A stretch of DNA of 64,000 nucleotides from Antechinus flavipes (Eukaryota), in NCBI RefSeq assembly GCF_016432865.1, contig NC_067401.1, positions 88,722,001 to 88,786,000 of the forward strand. The letters run 5' to 3'. The notes under the pieces are model-generated. The model ran no database searches. It worked only from the letters and a program-made list of their open reading frames with translations, and was not told the DNA's origin. The position numbers and the translations under genes were made by a program. This document shows, one piece after another, positions 12,020 to 26,699 of this stretch. The stretch's first letter is position 1. Each line of letters opens with the position of its first letter.

Positions 12020-12147
12020 TGGCAAGTTGAAAATTCCATTATTTAAGAGCCTATCTGATTTGGGGTGACATGGCACAGGGAAATAATTATGGACAGAGCA
12101 GTAATGGGGTGGCTGATGAATCACCCAACATGCTTGTGTACAGAAAG
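12020..12147 (+). other. RGS7: RGS7 exon 2 (128 nt: 50 nt 5'UTR plus 78 nt coding)
   Basis: Acceptor TCTCTCTTACTTTTTTCAG|T (AG 12018-12019); donor AAG|GTAAGG (GT 12148-12149). Confidence 0.95.
12070..12147 (+). CDS. RGS7: Regulator of G-protein signalling 7, first coding exon (aa 1-26, MAQGNNYGQSSNGVADESPNMLVYRK), phase-0 intron follows
   Basis: Translated by hand; matches the RGS7 N-terminus as I recall it (human MAQGNNYGQTSNGVADESPNMLVYRK) at 25/26 residues. Strong Kozak GACATGG. The rest of the CDS lies beyond the window. Confidence 0.96.
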
Positions 12148-13594
12148 GTAAGGGTTTCTTCTTTTCTTTGAGTAAAGGGATACTTCTGACATTTATTTAA
12201 TTCTTTTTGTTTAGTCTTCTTAGTAAGGAGTATAGGTAAGTGAAATAACTAGTAAAGATGTGAAAAATATTTTGCCAAAAGTAATAGATGATATTATTGT
12301 TCAATAGTAATTCTATTAACACAAAATGAAGTAAATGTGCTGATTATTAGGTTTTTCTGCATGTTTTTCATCAACTTATTTGTTACCATGATAACTGCAG
12401 ATTATTACATTCCAACTTTTTTAGAGGAGTACACATAATTATTATTAGTCACATAACAATTCTTTTATCTCTGTCATAATCACCCTTAGTATTTCAAATG
12501 TTAGCAAATGTACAGTATATTCAGTGTTTTAATTCTAGGAGTAAATATAGACTAGGTTGCAGCTTTATGGTGATCAATTAAAGTATAAAATTTCTGGCAT
12601 CTGTATGGATGTGAAAATGAGTTATTTTTATTTATTAAACCAAGTAATCTTTGTACTTGATATTAGATTGAAGCAAATGATCATTTTGTTCTTGTGTTAA
12701 TTTTATCTTGCTTGTAGAGATTGATTTTCTATGACCCTGAATATATTATGAAAAAACAAAAAGAACTTTTGATGCCAAAAAATATTTGACAGTTCTACTC
12801 ATTATTTAGGAATGATATCAGCAACAAGCTTCTAGACCTTGAACTACAATGATGAAAATGTATTTGATGACTATGTACATTTAAGAAGAGTTGTTTAGAA
12901 GACTCCATTTCACATATAATCACAAATCTTAATAAAATAAGGAAACAGTATCTAACTCCTCCCTCCAGTATGTTTACCATTGCATTTTATGCTGTTGTTA
13001 TTTTAGAATATTTTATTTGAGTACTTATTGTGGGAAATGCTTTAAAATGTAAACTTAAATTAACAAAGATAAAGAGACAACTATCTTGAATATAAAAATA
13101 ATTTTAAAAATCTAAGCAATGCAAGAGAGAATAAGTATGCTTTACCGAGGCATTATCAAAGCTGAGTACAAATGAGAATTTGAAAATTATATCAGGTTTA
13201 ATGCTACCTACACTAGAATTTGTCTTTTAGCTCATTAGACCAATAAAAAGTGGGGAAAAGTTTTTGGAAATAGTTATAATTGTTCTTCTGATGCAGAGAA
13301 ATATTGATATTATGGCAAAGTTAATGAACTATTTCTTTCTCCACTATTTCAAACATCATTATGCTTTATATGCAGTATATATGTTTAGACTGGGTACGGG
13401 AACAGCTGAATCTACAAAGTAAAAGACTGAAATTAAGAAATATTTTGCCTCAGTCTGGACAAATCAAACAAAGTAAAATCCATTTGGAATTTAAGTAGTT
13501 TATATTGGGTGCAACCATCCTTTCAGCCTATTTTGTTATGTGCTGGGTGGAAATACCCTTTAAATACCAACAATCTTTCTTGAAGGTATATTAT

Positions 13595-13750
13595 NNNNNN
13601 NNNNNNNNNNNNNNNNNNNNNNNNNNNNNNNNNNNNNNNNNNNNNNNNNNNNNNNNNNNNNNNNNNNNNNNNNNNNNNNNNNNNNNNNNNNNNNNNNNNN
13701 NNNNNNNNNNNNNNNNNNNNNNNNNNNNNNNNNNNNNNNNNNNNNNNNNN
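13595..13750. other. Assembly gap (156 N)
   Basis: Run of N. Confidence 1.
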
Positions 13751-16700
13751 AAGGCTAGCACTTTAAAGAATGCCTGAATTATACAATATTACCAAGGATA
13801 TTTAGATGCATAGAATGCAAAAGTTTGGATTTTAAAACTTGACTTTAAAGTTTAATCAAAAAGTTGCTTTTGGGGGACTGAAATAAATTCAATTTTTTTG
13901 TCTTCTCTTCGGACATTAAAGGTGCAAATTAAAAAAAAAAACATCTCAGCTATCTTTTCCCATACAAATATTACATGATTAAAAGATATGAAGATAGTTT
14001 GAGAATTAATTGAGTGTTAATTTTAAAATAAAAAAATTATTTATATCATCTCATATATTATTTTTTCTTAATGGATAGAAATTGATGAATTCTGAGAAAG
14101 CAGAGTAAAATACCAATTTTCCAAACTTTCATAAGTGATATAGGCATGACTATAACCATCATGACCTACCTTCTTCATTGATTGATTTCTTTAATTCATT
14201 GTTGAGTTTTAACAGTACATAGAATTTGCCTCTACAAGAATTTTTTTTTAGTAGCCATGTTATATGTGTCAATCTTAATCACTAATATTTCTGGATTTTC
14301 TCTGGTTGTCTAGTGGTATTTTATACACACACATACATTATGTGCATATGTGTTTTAGATGTGATTTGTTTCTCAACTTCTAATTGTTAGATAATGTTAA
14401 CTACAAAACAAAATACAAACTAGAAAATAAAGGCACATTCTGTTTAATAACTACTGGTTATTAAAATAAGCATATGTAAATAATACAGCAGGAAATATAG
14501 TTACCACATACTTCTAGCTTATATTTGACTCTATATTCTCTGGCAGCAGAGAAGCATTTGTACTCTGACAGAAATAGTCAGAAGGACATAAGTTGAGCGC
14601 AAACGTTATGGTGTTTCCACTATTTTACCATCATAGATTCATAAGTTCTATATAGAAAATTCTTGTTAATCAAGAAATAAAAGCAAGAATTTCAAGAAAA
14701 GTCTGATACCACCGTTTATCATTCTATTTCAGGAGAGGAAATGGACAGGTAAATTGCTGTTATACTGACTCACATCAATTTTCCACTTTTACTTCATTAT
14801 TGCAACACAGTTCTTGAAGGCGTGTTTTGAACAAGAAATAGCCAGCACCACACAGTGCTTTTTGCTCCCATATGTCACATTTTGGTTAGTGAGCTAGTGT
14901 TGTGATAATTATTTTTACTCAGAATACCAATATGTTTGGGTATGTTATTTATACTTCATTTTCATTGCTACTTACAAAGACTGGCTCCCAAAAATGTTAA
15001 AATGTTCCCATGAAGAAGATGAAGTAATGGGTAGTTAAGAAAGTGAAGCAACACATGAAGGCCTCATGCAATATTTCAGATAATTGGATGTTTGTAGTTG
15101 CTGCTTCCCTTTTGACCAATTTTCCTTTATGACTATTCCAATGTAGAGAGTAAAGTGTTGTCATCCACAATCTAGGAAAGACTGCAGAGCTTATTTTTTT
15201 CATCTAAAGGCAAAAGTCTAATTTGTGTTATGAAGAATATGTAATAACACAAAGCTCAATTTCTAAGCAAAGAAACATACTGCAATTGAAAGAAAGCAAT
15301 TACTATTTTATAAAATTAAACTAAACTGGTACTAGCAAACAGTATATAATGTGTAGTCCTAATGTCTTTAGGTATTTTGAAGAGTGTAAAGTTCTAGACG
15401 AATATATAAGGTATTTTTAAAATCTAAGCCAGACATTATTGACCAATTTCTCCCTGTTTTGATGCTGCCTTTTCTTGAATAAGGATAGGATATGTGATAT
15501 TATTTATTTGGAAACATGTTGAAAGAAAGTGTGGTTTAATGGGAAAAACATGGTCAAGAGAATTATGGGCAAATCAGTTGGAATCTGTTAGCCTCAGTTT
15601 CCTCATCTGTGAAATGGACATAATGATAACTATAGTCTCTATCTCAGAGTGATTAATGAGCATGAATAGAATAATTTATGTGGTGTTCTTTGAAAACAGA
15701 AACTATATTTTCCTTGTGTTCTGATTTTTCTCTCTAAACATGATTCACAAAGAAATGTGTATTAAAAAAGTTAATGTATATACATGACCAGAAAAAATAA
15801 TGAAATTTAAAAATTAAATATAAACTGTAATAAATATATGTAAGCAGAAATGTAAGTTGTCATTATTTTATAAAACTCAAATGCATCCAAGACTCATGAG
15901 CCTCCATTCAGGCAAGCTGCTGGTTATTGTAGTAATATTTACATCCTCTTAAAGAGAGACAATCAGCCTTGGCTTTCCCTGAAAACTGCAGCCTTTCAAA
16001 GGTATGTGGATTAATGGCAATCTCTAGAGCTCCATTATAGCTTGATATGAATAGAATTATTTCCGAAGATCTTCCTAGACTTTGCCCTAACTCCCTAAAT
16101 GACACCGACTATATAGAATGGCTAGGCTAGACTCCAGAGGAACAAAGATGTCTTATGGCATGGGCTTTGGCTGATAGGCTGCCCACTTGCATTTCACTTT
16201 CTAATCTAGTAGCTGACATATTATTTGCCATAATAATTTTCTTGAGGAGCATGATGTCAAAATTTCATAGCAGCTGAAATCCTGGCTTTTCTCTGAGAAC
16301 CACACTAGAAATGAACAATATATTTCTGATATCATTACACCAACTGTTTGTGCTCCTGCTGTTATGAAACAAGTTGAAAATGTTTCCTTAATTCAATATT
16401 TTACTAGGATTACTATGCTTTTCTGAAACATAGAACTACCAATTTCATAATAGCACATCTTTTCATCTTTTTTGTTAATAAATAAACATTAACCAAACCT
16501 TGAGATGATAATGAAGTTTTTGTATTAGATATTAAATGAGTTGTCACAAGTGTAGATTTTGAAAAAGAAAACAAAAGATCTTTAAGATCTTAATAGCAAA
16601 AGTCAAGACTTTTGTGCAACATTTATCACTTCAATTTCATTGATCTCAGTGTCTTCAGCAATACTTTTAGATGAAGGCAACTCCCAGGAAGAGATGCTGT

Positions 16701-19700
16701 CAAATCTGATCTTCTTAAGGAGATAGTAAAAGAGAATTAATTAAAATTCAACAGTTTTATTCTACTGTGCATAACTCTATTTATGATTTTCTGTAAGCAC
16801 TTGAGTGAGGCAGGTTCAATACAGTGCTTCTTTTTCACCATCTGTGAAATGAAGAATGTGATAATGTTCCAGCCTTAGAGTGAAGTGGACAGTGAGTTCA
16901 TGGATTACTTACGACTTTGGCTGCTTGTACAATTTTACAATCCAAACAACAACTGAATGTAGTTATCAACCAATGATGTTATGGATGAGGGTAAAAAAGT
17001 TTTTTGCTTATTAGCTTGATTCAGATGTTATATGAGATCAGAACTATTCATTCCTGGAACCATTCTGCTCCTGGTTATGAAGGGATAGCCAATCTCAAAG
17101 TGATATGATTAGGATTAATTTCTCAAAGAAACTGTTACAGTCAGAACTGATCACATTAATCTTCTTGGGACTGAATGGGTGTTTTCTCGTTCTCAGTGTT
17201 TGTTTGTTTGTTTGTTTCCAGCCTTTATCTTCTAGATGAGGAATTAATCACACTGGCAAAGTTTTAGACCATGCTATTTCTTATATTTCAAAACTTGTTT
17301 AATCATATTTGAAGTCTTTATAGCAATAATTTCTTTAGGATTTGGGCAAGTAGAGTGTGACTTATAGGGGTTAATAAAATTAGCAAAGATATTTCTTCCA
17401 ATGTGACATAGGCCCTTTATTAAATCTTACAATTGGAGAATCAAGATAACTCTTACACTTGAAAAGGGTGATTTTTAATTTTTTCCTAATTCACATGAGT
17501 GAATTTAGATGCCTGATAGAAAATCTGATGTGAACTATTTAGCAGAGGCTAGGAGGGGGAAGGGATTTGGGATTTGGCTGTATGGAGTACTCTCCTTGTT
17601 CTTGGCATAGCCTTAGCTATATTCATTAATGTAAATTAAATCTACAGTAATACCTTTCTTTGAGATTTCTTTTTTTCTTTCTCTACAGAGGAATAGCTTC
17701 AAATAGTTCAAGTTTTAATAAAATTGATTGAGACCTATTTTTCCCTTAGTAAAATATTGCTACCAATATTTACATTGTGGTAGGATAGGACAATGGTCTG
17801 TGATATTTCCACCCACAGAAACCAGATGGAACTCTTTCCAAATGATAATATGGTGATGAACATTGGATAATAATTAACTTGAGTTCAGTACAGGAAGGTC
17901 CTCAGTGGATGAGCTCTTTCCTTGCCCTTAGTTTTTATAATAGTCATTGTTGTTTGTAGGATTTAGATAAGGACTTATAACCTGATTTTTTTTATCCCCT
18001 TATCTTCCCACCTCCAATCTTTCCCTTCTAATAGGTCAGAGGAAAGTACAGAAATTAATAACAATCTATCTAGGGATTTTGTTGACTTCTAATAGTTTTA
18101 ATAGTTCTTTTGAGTTGTCAAAATCAGTATTTTTAGTTTGCATGAACAATGGAATATGTTATAAAAATACTGAAATATATGGTGATTGAAATATTCAATA
18201 CCTGAATTTATAATGTTCATTTAAAAGATAGGATTGTTGAAAATAACAATTCAAATAATTGGCAGGGATTCTAATTTTTATGCCACCAATGAAAAGACAT
18301 TTGAATGTCAGGGTTATAGTGATTTCCATTTTAACATAATGTCAACCTAATTATAAAATAATTGTGTATGATATAGCTAGTGCTCCAGTTTTTCAAAAGA
18401 AGTAGTCCTAAATTCCCCTACCACTTGCCTAAGGAAATGTAAAAAAAAAAAATTAAGCAGTTTTTTAAAAAAAATCATTTTTCCCTTGTGTCCAATTCAA
18501 TCAACTTAGAAACTTGGGACATTGGTGACTTGATAGACAGTTTTCATAGTGAATTCCCAGACTTCAGTTTTACATCTGTGCTTTCAACTTCATGGATATT
18601 ACCACTTACAGTGAAACTTCATAATGAATGGAAGACAAGTTATTGAATTCTCTGAAAACATCAATCATAAGAAGAATCTCAGACCTGTAGAGTTCGTTTT
18701 AGTATCAGAAAAGAATCTCCTAAACTTTCCATACCACATACTCCTTAATATGTATATATACATATGTACTCATGCATATATAATATTGATATATGTAAAT
18801 GTGTGCACATGTATGTGTATGTATGTATGTATGTCAAACTGGTAAGGGATTAATATACTACTGTAAGTGTCCAGGAAATTTGAACTTTTAATACTCATCA
18901 AGAGCAAATTCTATTACCTGGATTTGTGGAGAGAAATAAAAACCTTCACTTCACTTTTGTTGTACTATTTATGATACTTTTCACATCTTGTCTTCTATTG
19001 GGTTATGTTTTTTTTTTAAATTATCTCCTTCCTGCCTAGATTTTGAGCTCTAGAGAGAAAGTTACTTATATTATATCTTCCATCTTTATTATCTACACAA
19101 TGACTATTATAGTGATTTCAGTATAATGGGTACTCAATAAAATGAATGAATGAATTATTTAATTTAAAAATTAATATCATATTTGGAACAAATTAGATTT
19201 TCTGTGTTGAAATGAGGGGATACTCATAGAGAGGAGCACAATGGCTTTCCCCTCTTAAACATAAGGAATGTGTACTTACCATTACCACATTACATCAGAA
19301 TATGACATTGATTCTAAGATTATCAAACTATTGGAGGGAACATGAAAAGGGCCTGTGCTCCAAAGATAGTTAGCTGGCCAAATTTGGAATCTATACTTGG
19401 CAAGTCGAGGTTCTTATGTCTCTCTCTTCTTGCCCCTTCTTAAGGAAATGATTCTAGGAACCCTCAGAATTGAAATAAAATTTTGGACCTGTTTTCACAT
19501 GGAGATTTTTTTTGATGGAACTGTGGCCAGTTTTTGTTTGAAAAAACTGATAGACTTGATTGTGTTCATTTGGTAAAATAGTATCAAAATTAGTTGAAAA
19601 TATCTGCAGGTTAATGTCATTATAAAGAGTATTTAGAACAGAAGCTTAGGAGGTGAATGTAAAAGTGAATGACCCTGAATGCTCATAATGCTTTGAGCAC

Positions 19701-21879
19701 AGAATCACAGTATATTATAATTGAAAGAAACATTAGTGATCACTTAATCCAACGCACTTATATTAAATATGAAGTTACAGAGAAAAAAGAGGAGGAGTGA
19801 ATGGACCAGATGATGAATCTGGACTATACTCTATCTCAGTCCAACTTCTATTCCCTAATTTGAAGCCAAATTATAGACATTTGTTTAATGAAAGAATAAC
19901 CACCATATACATTGAAGGAATGTTTCAAATGTTTCATTTGAAGCAGTTGTTAAATGAATATTTCTCCTCAGATTTATTGGACAGTATCCATTCAGACAAG
20001 CATGTAGCCTATCCTTTTCTTGACAAGAAAAAGCAAAAAACTTCAAGTAGTTGGGAAGAAAACTGAAATCATAGAATTTAAAACTGGAAGTTACCTAAAA
20101 GATAACTCCAGTTAAGTCTTATTTTTACAGAAAAGACAACTAAGCACCCAAAAGATAAAGCAGCTTCATAACACATGTAGTAAATTTCCAAAGCCAGAAT
20201 TTTAGTTACAGATAAGCTCCAAGTGCAGTTCTCTTTCTTCTCTGTCTTACAGGACCCTGGAGCAGGTAGAATCCTTGATAGATATTACAAGTTGTGTAGA
20301 AAAGGATATTATGTTATAAGTTTTATGGAAGAAAGGGACTAGTTCAACTGTGGGAATGATAGAAATGACTTCTTGATAGAATAATTTTTGTGAGGATCTT
20401 CCTGACTTATTTCCTCTTGCTATCTGAAGAACTGCTTCTCAGCACAGATGTAGGTCAGACAAAACAGAACTGACATGATTTCTACTTCTCTCTAGTTGCA
20501 GGAAAATGCCAGGAGTAACACTATATATATAAATATTCTCTGCTAGAAAAGGGATATTACTCTGAACTTTATGGGCAACCACCCTGATTCTCTCCCAAAT
20601 AGGACTAAACAATACAGACTAGACAAATTATCTAAACTAAATACAAATAGACTGCCTAGTCATAACAGGTCTCACAGACCAGCCTGTGAAATTTCAGCTA
20701 GCTCTCAGTATCTGTGCTTCCAAATAGCTCTCACATCCCAAAGTACTATGTTTTATGCCTGAATAATGATACACCAAATGGAATAATAGATCTAGTAACC
20801 TAAGAGAATGATCTTATCTGTCACAGATATAGACCCCACCTTATAAGTTGGCTCACTCTTTAGCTTCTTTATTTACCATTTAGTTTTGTTTGGTTTAGTT
20901 TGGAAATTGGAATATGTATTAAATTAATTGCCCCATGGATATTATTTTTGATTGTTTGGAGCATTAGACTGGTAGAATCCCGTTCCTTTGCCTGCTGATT
21001 GTTAATGACTCATAATGTGTCATAATTTAATAATGATTGTGGAAATAAATATTTGTTTTATTTTTTCATTTGCATATGTAACAAAGTCTCAGCATTTCTT
21101 AACTATTATTACTTGAAATGATATAATAGTTGATTATAGTCACTGAAGGTGTGTATCTCTCCTAGAAATAATGTGCTTTGTTAATATTTTATCCCTTACA
21201 ATTACTCAAAATGTTTTCAAAGAAAATGAAAAACCCACAGAATTTTGTGACAATTTTTCAAATGGAGAGTTTTCAGAGAGAAAGTCTATGTGTTACAAAA
21301 TGAGTTTGGCATTCTTATTCTGGGATAATGGTTCCTTTTTTGCATGTGTTATATATTTTTTCCCTTTATGCTATGCCTATTGAATAAGTATCTTAATTCA
21401 CTTATTTTGGAAGGGTAAAAAAGAAATGAACTGTTCATCTCCATATGCTCTGTTAATATATTATAGATTTCATGACAAATTTTACCCTTTCATAAAATGA
21501 CTGTTCTCACATAAAAGAGGAAGCTAAAATGTTGTTTATAATTTTTTTTCTAAGCGGTCACCTGCCACTTTTACAATTTGAGATAATATTCAAATATGGC
21601 TTACATGATGATTGGCAATAAGCTTTTATTTTTAAAATCTTATCCAGTTTGCCCCTTTCCCTCTTCTCCCACCATTACTGGATCTCTTGTTTTCCATTCT
21701 TTTCTATTTCTGAAATACAGAAGGAGGCTTCTTTTCTAAGAATATGGGTAACATAAACTTCATTCATTCATTACAAAGACACCTGATTTAGGAGGAGATA
21801 CCACTGTTTTAACATTGCATAATTCTTCAGTTTAACTATGAACCGAAAAATGTTTGAGAGGCTAATAATGTGATGATAA

Positions 21880-22170
21880 TTGCTTTTCACATAAAAGCAA
21901 TTCATCACTTCCCATTAACTCATTAGTTCCCACAGTAGTGTTTTCAGAGGAATAAGGACTGGACCTGTGATTTCTTTGATATAGGAAACTTTCAAGTCAG
22001 GAAATTACTATGAGTGCCCTTTCTCACTCATAGTCTGTGGCACAGAGAGTTGGTTATGGCATTGATAGATAAAATAACTTGTTCAAGGTCATACAGTATT
22101 TGTCAGAGGTAGAATCTGAACCCAAATGTTCCTGATTTTGAGATGAACTGTCTGTCTACTTTACTATACT
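21880..22170 (-). mobile_element. Marsupial CORE-SINE
   Basis: GGACCTGTGATTTCTTTGATATAGGAAACT tail plus core AACTTGTTCAAGGTCATACAG...GAATCTGAACCC. Confidence 0.6.
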
Positions 22171-23789
22171 GTCTCTCTGACAGAGAAGCACTTAAAAACA
22201 ACAACAACAACAACAACACTATTTATGACCCTTCCAGGACAGAGGAGTAAAACGAGGCACACAGTGAATAAATAAATTGTTCAAAACATCTGACTATGAT
22301 CAAAGTATCTTGATCTTGTATTTTACTACTTAGAAGTTTATAATTAGAGATTGCTATACAATCCTCTTTAAAGATGTTTTATAATTACCTTATTCAGATC
22401 CACAATGGATTAGACTACTTGCCTTCAAATTATAAATCTGCATTGACTTAAAAAAACTGGTTTTAATACTTTATTCTTAATGTGGTTATTAAATCTGTTA
22501 GCCTCTAACAACTATGTTGCAACTAATACTCAGATATAAGTATATAGTTTGTCAAGCAGCTGATGAATTTTCTTGGTTTGATGTAGTATCACATTGTGGA
22601 TCAACCAGAATATAAACTTCACTGTCACACCTGTACTGTGTGTTTGATTTGGATATTCCTTTCTTATCCTTTCATCTTGCTCTTACTCATACTGCTATGG
22701 TGTGATTCCCCCCTACATAACATGTCCTTCATTTATCTGTGACTGCTGGAAGGAAAAGCAAACAACTTTATAATACACATAACCTAAGCAACTCAGTCTT
22801 TAAGTAAAGATTCAGAAAAATTAAAATGTAATCAATCACTACTTGGCAAGATGAGAGTTCTCCTGAATATAGTTCATCATTATTTTTGGCTTATTACTTC
22901 TTCTGTTGTTTCTGCTATTGCTTCTTCTTCTTCTTTTTTAAATAATAGCTTCAAGCAAATCATCCAAATTTCCAGTCCTTCCTTATTCTTTAATATTGCA
23001 AAAGATCATAAAGATCTCACAAAAACTTTTGAGTATGTTTATTTAGCTCAATTGTTGGTTATTACAACTCTTCCATAATCAATCAACAATTTTTTGGAGT
23101 TACTATTAAGACAGATATAATAGTAGGCACTGAGAAAATAGACAAAATTGAAAATTCTTGCCCTCAAAGAGTTTACATTAGGAAAGATTTCAGGTAAACA
23201 TGCAAGTATGTACAAGTAAGTACATACAAATATAATGGGGCCTTTGCAAATGAACAAAACCCTAGGATAGGGAATCTCAATGGCAAAACAGCTGAGAAGT
23301 CTGCTCCCTGTCTTTTTTTAGTAATGTGGAAAGAAAGTGCCTAGAAGACCTGTGGAGAATGAGGAGCTATATTGGTTCTGGTCAGTGACCCATATGGTTA
23401 AGGGGAAGCTTTTTGGCTATGGCAGCATTCAGAAGGCCATAGCAACTCTGCCATGGCTCTCTTTGCCTTTGGTAACTCTCATTCATAGTATTTGGTGAGA
23501 AACTATATTCTAAAGGAAGAGGTCCTGGGATCTTAATCTTTTTGCCTCTGACGCTACATGACTCCAGGAAATAGGCCATCCTTGGCTTCTCTATTCTTTT
23601 CAGTTCTTGGTGAAAGGAATGAATAAGATCATTGCACTATAGGAACCGAGTTAAATTAAGCCTGATTCTAGAAGAAAGAGCCATGGTATATCTCTCTCTG
23701 TGTCTTTGTCTCTGTGTCTCTCACATATCTCTCTCTGTATGTCTCTTTCTCTGTCTCTCTCTTTTCTCTCTCTCACACATCTTTCTCTC

Positions 23790-24360
23790 AGTTGGGAGTA
23801 CATTTCAGGCACAAAGACAGGACATGGAAATAGTAAGACCAGTTTGTTTGGACTGTAACATATGTGAAGGGGAGTAAAATGTATAATAAGGCTTGTAAGG
23901 TGGGTTGGAGCTGGGATGTGAAGGGCTTAATGCCAATCAGAAGAGTCTATATTTGCTCTTAGAGATAATAAGAGGCCACCTAAATTTGAGAAGGGGAAGA
24001 AATTAGGAGGTTAGACCTGCCCTTTAGGGGAAAAAAAACTTTGGCAAACATATGGAGGATGTCTAAGAGAGGCTAGAATTAGGAAAATCAGTTAGAAGGA
24101 TATTGCAATATTCCAGGAGACAGGTGATGGGAATTTATGCTTTGTATATGGTACTGTCTGGGTAAAGGAAGAAAAGGGAACAGATGGGAGACATAGTATG
24201 ATGGTAAAAATTAACATGGCTTCTCCGTGGATAAGGTAAAGAGTATGATGGAGGGGGGGTGCTTTGAGAATGTTTTTGAGGTTGTAAACCTGAGTGACTG
24301 AAAGGATGGTGACATCCTCTAGAGAAATGGGGATATTTAGAAGAGGGGATGGTTTTAGGG
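23790..24360 (-). mobile_element. LINE-2 fragment
   Basis: Purine-rich antisense L2 body (GTTGTAAACCTGAGTGACTGAAAGGATGGTG). Confidence 0.6.
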
Positions 24361-26699
24361 AGAGAGCAAATAATTAAAACAACAAAAGTAGCAAATAAAT
24401 CCATTTAAATAAAACATAGTCCTTGCCCTTCAGGAATTTATAGTCTGTTGGAAGAATCCTAATATTTCATCAGAGGCTTTTGCTACCTTTTATTTAAGCT
24501 CATCAAAGTTAAAAATTGTTTCTCCTTATCAGAATATAATATTTCATAGTCCTGAAGTTATAGACCTGCTGGGAACATCAGGGATCCACTGCTTAAATAG
24601 TTACTGATGATTTAACTACACAATACTCATTATGAATAATATACTGAAATCATCAGGTGCTGTGCTGATCACTACTTTGTACTCCACTGAGAAGGGTTAT
24701 TGGGAAAAGGAATCTAGTTTATAACTGTCAGGTCTGTATGTTCTATCTGGAAATGTGTATCCATTAAAAGATATCACTATGTTCTCAATTATTTGGCAAG
24801 CTTCTTTCCATTTTACCCAGGAGTATCTCACATACTAAGGCAAGAATATGCTTCTCTCTTAATCTTTCCTGAGAGAATGATTTTTCTCAGTCTTCTTTCC
24901 CACAATCCATTATTTTTTCCTTTCTATAATGACAATGTGACTTCTCTATGGCAAAGTAACTATTGATGAGCTTTGTCCCATATGTAATATCTTGGGTTTC
25001 CTATTTATATCTGTTGATGACATTTGTACCTCTTTTAAAGTCTTTTAGGAATGGTAGGTTTTGGTACAAACTTTGATATCAGTAATCTTAATGAATACTT
25101 TATGGATACAACTGAAGTCTCATCATCTAAAGAAAAGAAATTCTTCTTGACCACTTTTCAGAAAACCTGAATAACTAACACAAACTTTGCTGCTCTTGAC
25201 TTTTTAATAAAATTGTTTGGGAGACCTGTCAGTCTTATAATGTTGTTCCACATTGTGCACTTTAAAGATATTGGATAAAGAGGCAAATGTGCCAGGGGCC
25301 TGATCTATTGCTTTTTAGAGGATTGTGTTTAAATGTAATTAAGGAAGAAAGAAAAAAAATAACATTCTTACTTGTATTATTGCAAATAAAGAATGGGGTA
25401 TATTCACTGAAAATTCAGAGTGTCTGCTGGAGAACTTTTTATCTTGTAGTTAATGAGAGAGCTATCTCTGAAAAATAAAAATAAAATTAGCTAACTGACA
25501 TAATATGCTTTTCCACAATCGTGAAACAGAAATCACCAGTTTGATACCAGAATCAGGAGGACCCAAGAAAATGAAACTAATGAGCATCCAGGTTAGAAGT
25601 CAGAATAGCAAAAAAGTTAGGAATCTAAATAGTCAAGACATAATTTGGTTCAAAATATCCAAGCATTAGAGAGTAAGAAATATAGAATGAATGAATAAAA
25701 AATTACTAGATACTTACCATATATCAGGTACTGTACTAAGCATCAGGGAAATAAATAAGACAGACTTAAAGAAAAAAAAAAAAACAAAACTCCCATTGGC
25801 TAATTTCTCTTAGCACTGAAATGGGGCTTCTCTGTGGTTTAATTTGAGGATCTCCCAGGGAAAATTGAGGATATCAGTACCTTGGATTCACTTATAAATA
25901 TCTTTTGGAGGAAGGGGAAAGCTTTTGAAATTGGCTATTTGCTGGTTGCAACTAAATGAAAGTGTGAGGAGAGAGATGGTATTCTATATTATCTATGAGC
26001 TCAAACTCCCTTGTACTTAGAATTTTTTTGAATTCAAGCTGAGTTGGTTCTTTGAGTTCAAAACATGAAAAAAAATGGATCTCCCCATGTGCATGCTTTG
26101 CTGACTTTATTTAATTGATGAAGAACTAAAATCTTAGGGTTATGTACTTCAATCACTTTGAAATTTTTTTTCTACTTATTTCTATATTTTATTTGCACAA
26201 ATTATGTGCATTAAAAAACATGTCCTTGCAAGTGGTGTTTGGTCCAAAAAAAGAATCTCCATAATCACATACATACTGAAAGTAGTAGACAGCAAATCTA
26301 AAATTCCTTTCCTGGGATCTGAAATCATGTAAAATTTTTTCCTGACGAGTCAAGCTCATGTTGAGAATGAGTCTTATACTCACAGCTTTTTGTTATGTGT
26401 AAGTGGGAGAAGAAAGTTAAGAACAGAAGACTTTGTTTATTTGTTTTTATTATTTTAGAATAAGATTTAGTACATGTGCTTGTGTAAAAAATACACATGA
26501 AAACGTCAAGAGATTATTTGAGTGCTTTTTTAGAATCGCCTATTTTCACCTTTTGCAATAACAATGTAAATAACACCCTCAGCTGGCTTAGTGACACATA
26601 TTTATTTATAAAATACAAACTTTCCATAGAAAATTTGAGAATTCTATGGGTATTCATATTAATAAGTATTGCCAATGCTCTGCCTAATAATGTAGCTTA

